From: Acidobacteriota bacterium
GTDB taxonomy: Bacteria > Acidobacteriota > Thermoanaerobaculia > Gp7-AA8
Reading direction: 5' to 3'
DNA length: 60,238 nt
NCBI GenBank assembly: GCA_019244185.1
Contig: JAFATB010000004.1
Span: 1 to 60,238, forward strand
The position numbers were made by a program, and so were the translations under genes. Under the pieces are notes generated by a model. That model had not been told where the DNA came from, did not search any database, and saw only the letters and a program-made list of their open reading frames with translations. Position 1 is the stretch's first letter. Each line of letters opens with the position of its first letter. This document shows, one piece after another, positions 19,988 through 30,396 of this stretch.

Positions 19988-20841
19988 CCTTCGCCCCACT
20001 TCAGCTTGTTGCGTAGAACGTCGAAATAGTTTTTGTCCGGTGATTGGACTAAGAGTACCCGTTCTTCGGATTTCCGGACACAAACACGATCGCTGTCGCC
20101 GATCTCGAAGCCTTCCTGGCCGTCGAGCGTGAGGTAGATGTTCTGCGCGTCGGGCGTGGCCAGGCTGATCTCGATGTCCAGCTCGTCCGGGAGCACGATC
20201 GGGCGGTTCGTGAGCATGTGCGGGCAGATCGGCGTGATCAGCACCGCGCCCATCGTCGGATAGATGATCGGGCCGCCCGCGGAGAGGTTGTACGCGGTCG
20301 AGCCGGTCGGCGTCGAGACGATGAGACCGTCGCCGCGGAAGGTCGAAACGAACAGTCCCGCGACGTTGACGCGCATCTCGATGATCCGCGCGAGCGCGCT
20401 CTTGTTGATCGCGGCGTCGTTGAGCACGCGATAGCGACGCGCGGAGTCGTGCTTCGGCCCCGTGACCGAGACGCTGAACGTCACGCGCGGCTCGACGAAG
20501 TAGTTGCCTTCGAGCACGCGGTCGAGGACGTCCGGGAACTCTTCGACGCGGATCTCGGTGAGGAAGCCGAGGGTGCCCATGTTCACGCCGATGATCGGCA
20601 CGTGATCGGGCGCGTGGCGCGCGATCGAGAGCAGCGTGCCGTCGCCGCCCATCGTGATCAGCAGATCCGCGTTGCGGCCGAGCTCCGACTTCGGATGCGT
20701 CGGATGTCCGTCGCCGACCGCGCGTCCCGTGTCGTCGTCGAACAGCACGGCGTGACCGCGCGCGCGCAGGTCGGCGGCCACGCGCGCGGCGAACGCCAGC
20801 GCTTCATCCGTATGCTTCGCGGCCAGTCCGATCGTGCGCAT
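19984..20841 (-). CDS. nadK: NAD kinase
   Basis: GGDGT, GTLGFL, LND, DGLIVSTPTGSTAYNLSAGGP. Confidence 0.97.
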   Translation of the reverse strand: MRTIGLAAKHTDEALAFAARVAADLRARGHAVLFDDDTGRAVGDGHPTHPKSELGRNADLLITMGGDGTLLSIARHAPDHVPIIGVNMGTLGFLTEIRVEEFPDVLDRVLEGNYFVEPRVTFSVSVTGPKHDSARRYRVLNDAAINKSALARIIEMRVNVAGLFVSTFRGDGLIVSTPTGSTAYNLSAGGPIIYPTMGAVLITPICPHMLTNRPIVLPDELDIEISLATPDAQNIYLTLDGQEGFEIGDSDRVCVRKSEERVLLVQSPDKNYFDVLRNKLKWGEG

Positions 20842-20845
20842 GGCG

Positions 20846-21883
<1,038 letters not shown>

Positions 21884-21962
21884 CAGGCGTCCGAACGAGT
21901 ATAGCGGGGACGCGCCGCACGCGCCGCATTCGCGCGCGGGGCTACAATCGACGCATTCGCTC

Positions 21963-23240
21963 ATGGCGCTGAACGTCATTCAGGGCTCGTTTCCGCGCGG
22001 TCTGCCTCGCTTTCCGCGGGCGGCCGACGCGTTGCGCGTGAATGCGGTGCCGCTGCCGTCGCACCTCGCGACGTTTCCGCGCGGCGGCGGGCAGCCGCTG
22101 CCGGCCGCATTTCGTCAGGCGGCGGAAGGGGCGTTCGGCGTGCGCTTCGGCGATGTGCGCGTGCACGTCGGTCCGCATGTGGCGGCGATCGGCGCGGACG
22201 CGTTCACGCACGGCTCGACGCTCCACTTCGCGACCGGCCGCTATCAGCCCGAGACTTCCGCCGGGCAGCGGCTGCTCCTGCACGAGCTCGCGCACGTCGT
22301 CCAGCAGCGCAGCGGCCGCGTACGCAGTCCGTTCCCGTGCGGCATCGCCATCGTTGGCGATGCGATGCTCGAAGCGGAAGCCGAGCGCATCGCGCAGCGC
22401 GCCGCGACGTCAATGCCGCGTCCGCAACTTCGCGCGCCGCTCGCGCGGACGTCGAGCCGCGGTTCCGTCCGGCAGGGTCTCTGGATGTACACCTATCCGG
22501 CCGGAAATCTCGTCGAGGCGGATTACAGCGTCGAAGACATGCAGCGCTTCAAGAAGGTCAGCTTCACGCACCGTGGCTTCACGGTGTGGTGCGCGCTCGA
22601 GAACGTCGCGGCGGCGCGCGTGAAGGTGGAGAACAAACTTCAGAGCGGATCGCTGATCGCGGTGCCGTCGGCGGACGATCTCGATGAGCCCGATGCGCCG
22701 AACGCCAACTGCGTCCAGGGCGCGACCATTCTGACGCGGAAGGGCTGGAACTTCGGCGCCATCGCCCGCGGCTCCGAGATCTTCATCTACGGCAACGTGT
22801 TCTATCGCCTCGGCCAGGGGGAGATCCACTTCCTGACCGCGGCGATGGTGCATCGCTTCTTCGACGGCCGCTATCCAGGCTTCACGAAAATCGACCCGCC
22901 CGACTGGCGTTACGTCTGTTCGGACTACGCGATCTCGGACGACCGCGTGAGCGACGCCGATCCGATCGAGACGACTCTGCAGAGCAACTTCACCGAGGTG
23001 CTCGACTTCACCGGCAAGAACTCCGATGACGCCAAAGCGATCCTCGAGACGACGCAAGGCCACTACGTCTGCCGCCTCGGCTATCACTACGTCCGCCTGA
23101 TGGCCGACAACCTCGGCGTCACCGTTTCGCAGAAAGACGGCGAGAGCGCCGTCTACAGCAAGCGCATGTCCTTCGACGAGGCGGCGAAGTACGTCTTCTC
23201 GAAGACGCCTTCCGTGCGGAAACTCTACCGCCGGAAGTAG
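21963..23240 (+). CDS. DUF4157 (eCIS-core) domain protein with an uncharacterised C-terminal domain
   Basis: GQPLP...FGVRFGDVRVH...GADAFTHG...LLLHELAHVVQQ...LEAEAE is the DUF4157 pattern. Confidence 0.85.
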   Translation: MALNVIQGSFPRGLPRFPRAADALRVNAVPLPSHLATFPRGGGQPLPAAFRQAAEGAFGVRFGDVRVHVGPHVAAIGADAFTHGSTLHFATGRYQPETSAGQRLLLHELAHVVQQRSGRVRSPFPCGIAIVGDAMLEAEAERIAQRAATSMPRPQLRAPLARTSSRGSVRQGLWMYTYPAGNLVEADYSVEDMQRFKKVSFTHRGFTVWCALENVAAARVKVENKLQSGSLIAVPSADDLDEPDAPNANCVQGATILTRKGWNFGAIARGSEIFIYGNVFYRLGQGEIHFLTAAMVHRFFDGRYPGFTKIDPPDWRYVCSDYAISDDRVSDADPIETTLQSNFTEVLDFTGKNSDDAKAILETTQGHYVCRLGYHYVRLMADNLGVTVSQKDGESAVYSKRMSFDEAAKYVFSKTPSVRKLYRRK

Positions 23241-23373
23241 CGCGCGCCCCGTTTCCCCTCATCCGGACCAACCCTCCCACCGCGCCCGCGGGATGCTCGA
23301 ATTTTTGACATCCCGCCTTCTCGGCGCGGCCGCTAACTAGCCTGTTTTCAATTGATTGCCCGTTTTGGCGTCG

Positions 23374-23389
23374 TGGCGGAGCCGTCGCA
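23374..23389 (+). promoter_or_regulatory. Possible sigma54 promoter upstream of comEA
   Basis: TGGCGGAGCCGTCGCA (GG-N10-GC), preceded by an AT-rich IHF-like tract; weak match. Confidence 0.35.
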
Positions 23390-23542
23390 CTAAGGCCCCG
23401 GCGAAAGGAGGTGGTCGCCGAGAAGAGCCAGTGACGCGAAACGGAAAGTCAACACGGATCAGTGTGGAACAACAGCCAGAAACCCAACGCAATCAGTCGA
23501 TTCAACAACCAACAACCAGAAGAACTGAAAGGAGATAGACCG

Positions 23543-23908
23543 ATGAAGAAGTTCGTTCCCCTCACGCTCGCCATCATCGTTGCCTTCGTTTCCACCGTTG
23601 CGTTCGCGGATGCCGCCGTCACCCCGGCGCCCGCGGGCGTCGTGAACCTCAACAGCGCGGACGCCGCGCAGCTCGCACTGCTCCCCGGCATCGGCGTCAA
23701 GGCCGCGCAGCGCATCGTCGACTACCGCTCGCAGAACGGACCGTTCCGCAAGACGAGCGATCTGATGCAGGTCAAAGGCGTGGGCGCGAAGTCGTTCGAG
23801 CGCCTCTCGCCCTACATCGTCCTCGAAGGCCGGACCACGCTCACCGCGAAGATCCACATGCCGCGCAAGCCGCGCACGAAGAAGACCGCCACCACGGCGT
23901 CGAACTGA
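23543..23908 (+). CDS. comEA: ComEA-family helix-hairpin-helix DNA-binding protein
   Basis: SD GAAAGGAG; signal peptide; VNLNSA..QL..LPGIG...A..IVDYR..NGPF...DL..VKGVG. Confidence 0.88.
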   Translation: MKKFVPLTLAIIVAFVSTVAFADAAVTPAPAGVVNLNSADAAQLALLPGIGVKAAQRIVDYRSQNGPFRKTSDLMQVKGVGAKSFERLSPYIVLEGRTTLTAKIHMPRKPRTKKTATTASN

Positions 23909-23948
23909 CGACGCCTTCCGCCTCTCATCCCACCGACCCAACTCACCA

Positions 23949-23975
23949 GGGGCTGCCGAGCGGCTCGGCAGCCCC
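23949..23975. terminator. GC-rich hairpin between convergent genes
   Basis: GGGGCTGCCGAG-CGG-CTCGGCAGCCCC; no T-tract. Confidence 0.5.
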
Positions 23976-24004
23976 GACTTGCGAAAGGAGACACGCACAT
24001 GCCT

Positions 24005-25669
24005 TCAACCGCCCGCCCTCCGCACCACGAAACGCTCGGCCTCGTACGTCTGGATGAGCGTCGTCGCCCGCAGCGCATCGTCCGTGAACGCGTCGGTGAC
24101 GATGCGTCCGTCCATGTCGCGGCCGATCGGCAGACCCGCGGCGAAGAGCACGGTCGGCACGAGGTCGACCGCGAACGCCGGCTGCGGATTCTCGCGGTGC
24201 GCCCCGCCGGGACCGACAGCGAGGAAGAAGCCGTCGTCCGCGCCGGGATCGTCCGGCGAGAGCAGCGAGCGGGCGATGGAGTAGACGTTCGCCGGGAGCT
24301 GCGGCGCGACCACCGCCGACGGCGAGCAGACCACGACCAGCGCGTCGGGATGCTCGCGCACGATGCCGCCCAGGAGCCTGTCGAGCTGCTGCGCGTACGC
24401 GCGCAAGGCCTCGCCTTTGGCCGACGTCTTCGGCGGCAACTCGTTGGTGAAGATGTGCAGCGCGCGCTGCGCATCGGCGAATCCCTCGAGCGCGAGCACG
24501 CGCAATGCGTACGGCCGCGCGTCGCGCAACTGCGCGGCGGCGTACGCATCGCGCGCGAGCGCGGCGAGGATCGCCGGCTTCGCATCGCCGCTGCTGTTGA
24601 AACGCTCGCTGATGTTGCCGAGCGCGCGCGCGTCGACCGGCAGCGCGCGCAAGGCGTCATCCGTGACGATGCGCGTCGCGCCGCGCGGCTGCGACGACGT
24701 TTGTGTCGACGACGGCCAGCCGATGACGCTCGCGGGCAGCTGCACGCGTTCGAAGAGCGTCCAGAGCGGCAGCGCGTTGCCCGCCGGCAGCGGCGCGGAG
24801 ATCCGCTCGACCGGCGGAATGAGACCCCACGCCTGAAAGCCGACGCCGTACGGCAGCAGCAGGAACGGCTCGGCGCGATTGAGCGGAGTTCTGTACGCGA
24901 AACGTCCCGTGACGCCGTGGCGGTACGGGAGCTTGCCCGTGGCGAGCGACGCCCACAGCGACTTCGGCGTGCGCGTCGGGAACGGCTCGAGCCGCGTGAG
25001 GAACGCGCGGTCGCCCGCCGCATCGAAGAACGGCAGCAGCCCTTCGCCGCGCATCGTCACGATCCAGTCGAACGGCAGGTTGCGGATCGCGATCACGATC
25101 ACGGGACGCCGCTCGCCTACCGCGCCGATCGTCGCCACCACGACGTTCTTCCGCTCCGTGCGATAGCTCTCGCGGCGCTGATAGAGGAAGACCGACGACA
25201 GCGCGATCAGCACCACGCCGGCCACGAACAAAACGCGCGAGGTCTGGCGGTCCGCGTTGCGCTCGACGACCCACAACGCGAGCAGCACGAACGCGGTCGC
25301 TGTGATCGCGACGGTGGCTTTCGACAAAATCCGCACCGCGCCGATCGGCAGATAGAGCTGGATGCCCAGCAGCTTGAGGTGCATCCAGTAGATGCCCGCG
25401 GAGAGAAACGCCGCCAGGACGACGAAGCCGAAGCCGTGCGTGCGCCACGCCTCCGGCTTGCCGAACAGCCGCACGCGCAGCGCGCGCAGACCCCACAGCA
25501 GCGTGCCGAACAGCAGGCCGCAGGTGAGGCCGTAAACGATCGTCACCAGCACCAGCCGTCCGGGCGTGATCTCCACCTGCGGGTTGAGGAAGTACAGCAG
25601 GTGGGTCATGTACAGCCCGAAGATCGCGCCGGCGAGGACGCGTTTCAGATAGCCCCAGCGGATCGGCAC
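24005..25669 (-). CDS. Membrane protein with an alkaline phosphatase/phosphodiesterase-superfamily domain
   Basis: About 5 N-terminal TMs; PTRTPKSLWASLATGKLPYRHGV, DGFFLAVGP, VDLVPTVL...DMDGR; metal ligands look degenerate. Confidence 0.75.
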   Translation of the reverse strand: MPIRWGYLKRVLAGAIFGLYMTHLLYFLNPQVEITPGRLVLVTIVYGLTCGLLFGTLLWGLRALRVRLFGKPEAWRTHGFGFVVLAAFLSAGIYWMHLKLLGIQLYLPIGAVRILSKATVAITATAFVLLALWVVERNADRQTSRVLFVAGVVLIALSSVFLYQRRESYRTERKNVVVATIGAVGERRPVIVIAIRNLPFDWIVTMRGEGLLPFFDAAGDRAFLTRLEPFPTRTPKSLWASLATGKLPYRHGVTGRFAYRTPLNRAEPFLLLPYGVGFQAWGLIPPVERISAPLPAGNALPLWTLFERVQLPASVIGWPSSTQTSSQPRGATRIVTDDALRALPVDARALGNISERFNSSGDAKPAILAALARDAYAAAQLRDARPYALRVLALEGFADAQRALHIFTNELPPKTSAKGEALRAYAQQLDRLLGGIVREHPDALVVVCSPSAVVAPQLPANVYSIARSLLSPDDPGADDGFFLAVGPGGAHRENPQPAFAVDLVPTVLFAAGLPIGRDMDGRIVTDAFTDDALRATTLIQTYEAERFVVRRAGG

Positions 25670-25695
25670 GGGCGGAGTGTACTGGAGGCGTCGTC

Positions 25696-28600
25696 GTGCT
25701 GACCGCCGATCGCATCCGCGCCTGTGGCGGCGCACTCGCTCTCTTCCGCGAGCTCGGCTACCCGATCGCGGCCGTCGACGTCGATCCCGCCGAATGGCGC
25801 CGCGGCGGCGTCGACATCCCGTGGAACGGCGAGACATCGCTGCAGCTCGTCTCCCGCGCGCCGCGCTTCGATCTCTTTTTGCTGCGCGGTAACGTGGCCG
25901 AAGATTCGGTCGCTACATTTCTGCGCAGTTATGAAGCCTACAATCGAGCTACGAAATCAGTGCTCTTATATGAGCGCGCTAAAAAGCTGTCTGTATTCGA
26001 CTACGCGCGCGAGCGCGGGCTGCGCCGGCTCGACGTCGATCTGGCCGCGCCGACGCCGCACGCGATCGACCGGCTGAACCTCCTCGCCGCCGGCGACGAC
26101 GCGGGCGCGCTCCCGCGCATCATCGACCGCGCCCTCGATCGCGAACGCCTCACGCGCACGTTCTTCCAGCGCTTCCGCGCCGCGGTCCGCGACGTCGGTG
26201 CTTCGCTCGCGGCGTCGTTCCCGGCCGACGCGCGCGAGCAGATCGACGCGCAAGCGCTGCTCGTTCTGTCGCGGCTACTATTTCTATCGTTCATCCAGGA
26301 GAAGGGGTGGTTGAACGGCGAGCGCCGCTTTCTGGTCGATCGCCTCGCGCACGAGGTCAGCCGCGGACGCGAGTTCTACGCGCGCGTCCTCGCGCCGCTC
26401 TTCTTCGGCTGTCTCAACACGCCCCTCGACCAGCGCTCGCTCTCCGCCCGCAACCTCGGGCGCATCCCGTATCTCAACGGCGGCCTCTTCGAGCCGTCGC
26501 CGTTCGAGCGCCGCAACAGCGAGCTGCATCTGCCAAACGAGCTCCTGCTGCGCGTCGTCGAGGACGTCTTCGAGAAGTTCGACTTTCATCCTGACGAGGG
26601 CGACGCCGCGGGCACGCACGTCGATCCGGAGATGCTCGGCAAGGTCTTCGAGTCGCTCATGGCCGACGACGAGCGCGCGGCGAGCGGCAGCTTCTACACG
26701 CCGAAGGAGATCGTCGACGTGCTCGCCGAGCGCGCGATCCTCCACTGGCTCGGCGGCGATCCGACGCCGGAGAAGCTCGCGCGCATCACCGTGCTCGATC
26801 CCGCGTGCGGCTCCGGCGCGTTTCTGCTGTCCGCGCTCGGCGTGCTCGAACGACTCTGGCGCGCGACGACGCCGGAGCCGCCGCACGATCTGCGGCGACG
26901 CATCGTCGCGCGGTCGCTGTACGGCATCGATCTGAAGCCGGAGGCGGTGCGATTGTGCGAGCTGCGTCTCTGGCTGGCCATCGTGTCGACGACCGATGAC
27001 GCGATCGAGCAGATCCCGCCGCTGCCGAACCTCGACCGCAACATCCTGCAGGGCAACTCGCTCCTCGGGCCGGCCGACTTTCTCGGCGATGCGCGCGCGG
27101 ACCTCTATCACGAATGGGTCTACGCGCTGCACGCGCAGCGCGACCTGCTCGATCGCTACCGCACGGCGCCGCACGCGCAGCGTCCGGCGCTCTGCCGCGT
27201 CATCCGCGGGAACGATCAGCGGCTCGCGTGCGATCTGCTCGCGCGCGCGGCCGACGACGCCGAACGCGAGCTGCAACGCGCGACGGCGCCGCAGCGCGAT
27301 CTCTTCGGCCGCGCGATTCCGCCCGCCCCGGAGCTCTGCCGCGAACTGCAGGAGCGCGTCGCGGAGGCGCGCGAGACGCTGCGCCGCGCGGAGGAGGGGA
27401 CGCTCGATTTCTTCTCGTATGACGTGCACTTCGCGCCGGTGATGGCCGACGGCGGATTCGACGTCGTGATCGGCAACCCGCCGTGGGTGCGCAACGCACG
27501 CATCGACGCGCGCGCGAAGCGGCGGCTCGCGGATCGCTACGCGCTCTTCCGCGGCGCGCGCGACGGCACGGCCTTTCATCAGCCTGACCTTTCCGTGGCG
27601 TTCTTCGAGCGCGCGCTGCAACTCACCGCGCCGGACGGCGTGACGGCGCTGCTGATGCCCGCGAAGATCGTGAATGCGGGATATGCCGCGCCGCTGCGGC
27701 GCGCGGTGCGCGAGCGGCTCGTCGCGCTCGACGACTGGAGCGACGACGCGCGCCGGCATCGCTGGTTCGAAGCGGACACGTTTCCCCTCGGCATCGTGCT
27801 CGCGAACGATGCGGGCATGCCGCGCGAGCCGATCTGCGTGCGCACGGCGGGCGAGTCGTTCTTTCTGCCGCACGACGCGCTGAGCGTCGGCGACGCGGCC
27901 GGCGAATGGGCGCTCGTGCCGCCCGACGTCGCCGCGGTGCTGCATCGGCTGCGCGCCGCGCATCCGCCGCTCGAACGCGGGTTGCGCAGGCGTCCGGTGA
28001 TGGGCGTCAAGACGGGCGACAACCGCAGCTTCTTTCTCGACGCACAGCGGGTGCAGGGCGATCGCCTCGTGACGTCCGACGGGATTCGCGTGCCGCTCGA
28101 CGCCGTCTGTCGTTGCGTTCGCGGACGCGATCTGCAGCGCTGGAGCGTTGACGCGTCGCAGTGGATGCTGTGGCCACCCGCGAGCGGCTGGAAGACGCCG
28201 CCGCGCTGGCTGGAACGACTCGCCGCGCAGCGCGAGATGGAGCCCGACGACTTCCGCCTCTCCTTCGTCCGTCCCGAGCACGTCGGCATCAAAGTCGCCT
28301 GGAAAGACCTGGGGCGCGGCGTCTCTGCCGCCGTGCTGCCGGACGTGGTCAACGTGAACGGCCGCGCGTTTCCGCTCGTGCCGAACCAGACGCTCTATTC
28401 GCTCGACTGCGCGTCGCTCGACGAAGCGTACGTCGTCGCCGCGCTGCTCAACTCCACGATCGCCGGCGCGCTTCTCGTGTCCGTCGCCGAGCGTGCGAAG
28501 GATGCGCACTACCGCTACTTCGGCCGCACCGTCGCCGCGCTTCCCGTGCCGGCGTTGGATGCGGAATGGGACGCGCTCGTCCGCCTCTCGCGCCGCGCGC

Positions 28601-28719
28601 ACCGCGGTGTGGACGTAGGGGAGGCGATCGACGAGGCGGTGGCGCGCATGTACGGCGTGACGCGCGACGAGCTCGCGCGGCTGCGGGAGTTCCTTGCGCG
28701 GCGGTTGGGTGGGCGGTGA
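25696..28719 (+). CDS. Large gamma-class N6-adenine DNA methyltransferase (Eco57I/type IIG-like) with C-terminal TRD
   Basis: YLNGGLF, LGKVFESL, GSFYTP, LDPACGSGAF, LYGIDL, GNSL, IGNPPW, GVKTGDN, ALLNS. Confidence 0.9.
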   Translation: MLTADRIRACGGALALFRELGYPIAAVDVDPAEWRRGGVDIPWNGETSLQLVSRAPRFDLFLLRGNVAEDSVATFLRSYEAYNRATKSVLLYERAKKLSVFDYARERGLRRLDVDLAAPTPHAIDRLNLLAAGDDAGALPRIIDRALDRERLTRTFFQRFRAAVRDVGASLAASFPADAREQIDAQALLVLSRLLFLSFIQEKGWLNGERRFLVDRLAHEVSRGREFYARVLAPLFFGCLNTPLDQRSLSARNLGRIPYLNGGLFEPSPFERRNSELHLPNELLLRVVEDVFEKFDFHPDEGDAAGTHVDPEMLGKVFESLMADDERAASGSFYTPKEIVDVLAERAILHWLGGDPTPEKLARITVLDPACGSGAFLLSALGVLERLWRATTPEPPHDLRRRIVARSLYGIDLKPEAVRLCELRLWLAIVSTTDDAIEQIPPLPNLDRNILQGNSLLGPADFLGDARADLYHEWVYALHAQRDLLDRYRTAPHAQRPALCRVIRGNDQRLACDLLARAADDAERELQRATAPQRDLFGRAIPPAPELCRELQERVAEARETLRRAEEGTLDFFSYDVHFAPVMADGGFDVVIGNPPWVRNARIDARAKRRLADRYALFRGARDGTAFHQPDLSVAFFERALQLTAPDGVTALLMPAKIVNAGYAAPLRRAVRERLVALDDWSDDARRHRWFEADTFPLGIVLANDAGMPREPICVRTAGESFFLPHDALSVGDAAGEWALVPPDVAAVLHRLRAAHPPLERGLRRRPVMGVKTGDNRSFFLDAQRVQGDRLVTSDGIRVPLDAVCRCVRGRDLQRWSVDASQWMLWPPASGWKTPPRWLERLAAQREMEPDDFRLSFVRPEHVGIKVAWKDLGRGVSAAVLPDVVNVNGRAFPLVPNQTLYSLDCASLDEAYVVAALLNSTIAGALLVSVAERAKDAHYRYFGRTVAALPVPALDAEWDALVRLSRRAHRGVDVGEAIDEAVARMYGVTRDELARLREFLARRLGGR

Positions 28720-28737
28720 TCGCGACGGAACACCCTC

Positions 28738-30396
28738 ATGCTCGCTGATCACCAACGCGCCGCCGCCGCGCGGGCGCTCTTCCTCCTCGAAACGCGCGGC
28801 GGCGTGCTCCTCGCGGACGACGTCGGGCTCGGCAAGTCGTACGTCGCCGCGGAGGTGATGCGCGCGCTGCAGGGCGTCGACGTCGACCTCATCGTGCCCG
28901 CGGCGCTCGTCGCGCAGTGGCGGGAGACGCTGCGCGCGTTCGACGTCGACGCGCACATCGCGACGCATGATGGCCTCGCGACCGAGCCGTTCGTGCCGCA
29001 GCCGCGCGAGCGGCTGGTGGTCGTCGACGAGGCGCACGCGTTCCGCAACCCGCGCACGCGTCGCTACGCGGCTCTCGCGAAACGCACCATCGCGGCGCGG
29101 ATGCTGCTCGTCACCGCGACGCCGGTCTGCAACTCCGCGGCGGATCTCGAAGCGTTGCTGCGGCTCCTCGCGCGCGACGATCTCCTCGCGGACCTCGGCA
29201 TCCCGTCGATCGACTGCGCGTTCGAGTCGCGCGACGCGGAGGCGCTCGCGCGCATCGTCGGCGCGCTGGTCATCCGCCGTGACCGCAGCGTGCTGCCGGA
29301 CGAACTGCGCTTCGGCGCGCTCGAACGGCGCGTCGTCGTGCACGACGTGCTCGACGCGCCGCAGATCGACGAACTGCGTTTCCCGCTCGTCGGCGAGCAC
29401 GCGCTGCTGCGGCGCTTTCTGCGGCGGCGGCTCGAATCGAGCGAGGCGGCGCTCATCGAGTCGATCCGGCGGCAGCTGCGCTTTTACGACCGCGCGCTCG
29501 CGTGCGTCGCCGCGGGACGCGCGTTGCCGAAGCGCGAGTACCGGCGCGCGTTCGCGCACGAGGAAGATCGCGACGCGTTTCAGGAAGTGCTCTTCTGGGA
29601 TCTCTTCGCGGCCGAAGGCGCCGCCGACGCGGATGCGATTCGCGCGGAGAGCGCGCGCCTCGAAGCATTGCTCGCACTTGCGCGCGCGTCACCATGCACC
29701 AAGCGGCAACAGCTCGTCGAGCTCGTGCGCGACGAGCGCGAGCCGATGCTGATCTTCACCGGCTCCGCGGCCACGGCGCGCGATCTCCGCGACGCGCTGC
29801 AGCGCGCGCGGCCATGCGGTCTCGTCACCGCGCGCGAGCGCTCGCGCGACGCCGTGCTGGACGCGTTCCGCACCGGCCGTCTCGACCTCGTCGTGTCGAC
29901 CGACATGGCGTCGGAAGGACTCAACCTGCAGCGCGCCGGCGTCGTCGTGCACTACGACATCCCGTGGAATCCGGTGAAGCTCGACCAGCGCAACGGCCGC
30001 GCGCATCGCATCGGCCAGACGCGCGACCGCGTACGCGCCATCTACTTCATTCCGCGCAACCGCGAGACGCGCATCGTCGCCACGGTGGCGCGGAAGAACC
30101 GCGTGCGGCGCCGCGCGGTCGATGCGACGCCTTCGTCGCCGATCGCGCCGACGCTCCGTCCGCGGCTCGCGCGCACGGCCGCGTACTTTACGCTCGCCGA
30201 TGCCGCCGAACGCGCGGGACTCGTGCTGCCGGACTCGCTCGCGCGGCGGCATCGTGCGGGACTCGAGCTGCTGATGGAAGAGATGGCGCACGAGTTTCTC
30301 GACGCGCGGCGCCTCGCCGATCTCGTCGCGCTCGTCGACGCGGAACTTTGCGGCGCACGCCCGCGTTGCGACGCGCCGCATGAGAGGAACGCGTGA
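28738..30396 (+). CDS. SNF2-family helicase/translocase
   Basis: LADDVGLGKS, DEAH, TATP, SEGLNLQ, YDIPWNP, QRNGRAHRIGQ. Confidence 0.9.
   Translation: MLADHQRAAAARALFLLETRGGVLLADDVGLGKSYVAAEVMRALQGVDVDLIVPAALVAQWRETLRAFDVDAHIATHDGLATEPFVPQPRERLVVVDEAHAFRNPRTRRYAALAKRTIAARMLLVTATPVCNSAADLEALLRLLARDDLLADLGIPSIDCAFESRDAEALARIVGALVIRRDRSVLPDELRFGALERRVVVHDVLDAPQIDELRFPLVGEHALLRRFLRRRLESSEAALIESIRRQLRFYDRALACVAAGRALPKREYRRAFAHEEDRDAFQEVLFWDLFAAEGAADADAIRAESARLEALLALARASPCTKRQQLVELVRDEREPMLIFTGSAATARDLRDALQRARPCGLVTARERSRDAVLDAFRTGRLDLVVSTDMASEGLNLQRAGVVVHYDIPWNPVKLDQRNGRAHRIGQTRDRVRAIYFIPRNRETRIVATVARKNRVRRRAVDATPSSPIAPTLRPRLARTAAYFTLADAAERAGLVLPDSLARRHRAGLELLMEEMAHEFLDARRLADLVALVDAELCGARPRCDAPHERNA

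Noticed and set aside
21884-21979. CVDC...CGAC upstream extension of the ClpX-like ORF as a Zn-binding domain
   Set aside because: The spacing and sequence do not match the ClpX ZBD. It overlaps the start and promoter of the divergent gene, and a TATACT box sits just before ATG 21883.
25696-30396. Calling the locus DISARM or BREX
   Set aside because: No drmA, drmB (DUF1998), drmC (PLD), brxC or brxL is present. The neighbouring phosphatase-superfamily gene is a divergent multi-TM protein and does not look like PglZ.
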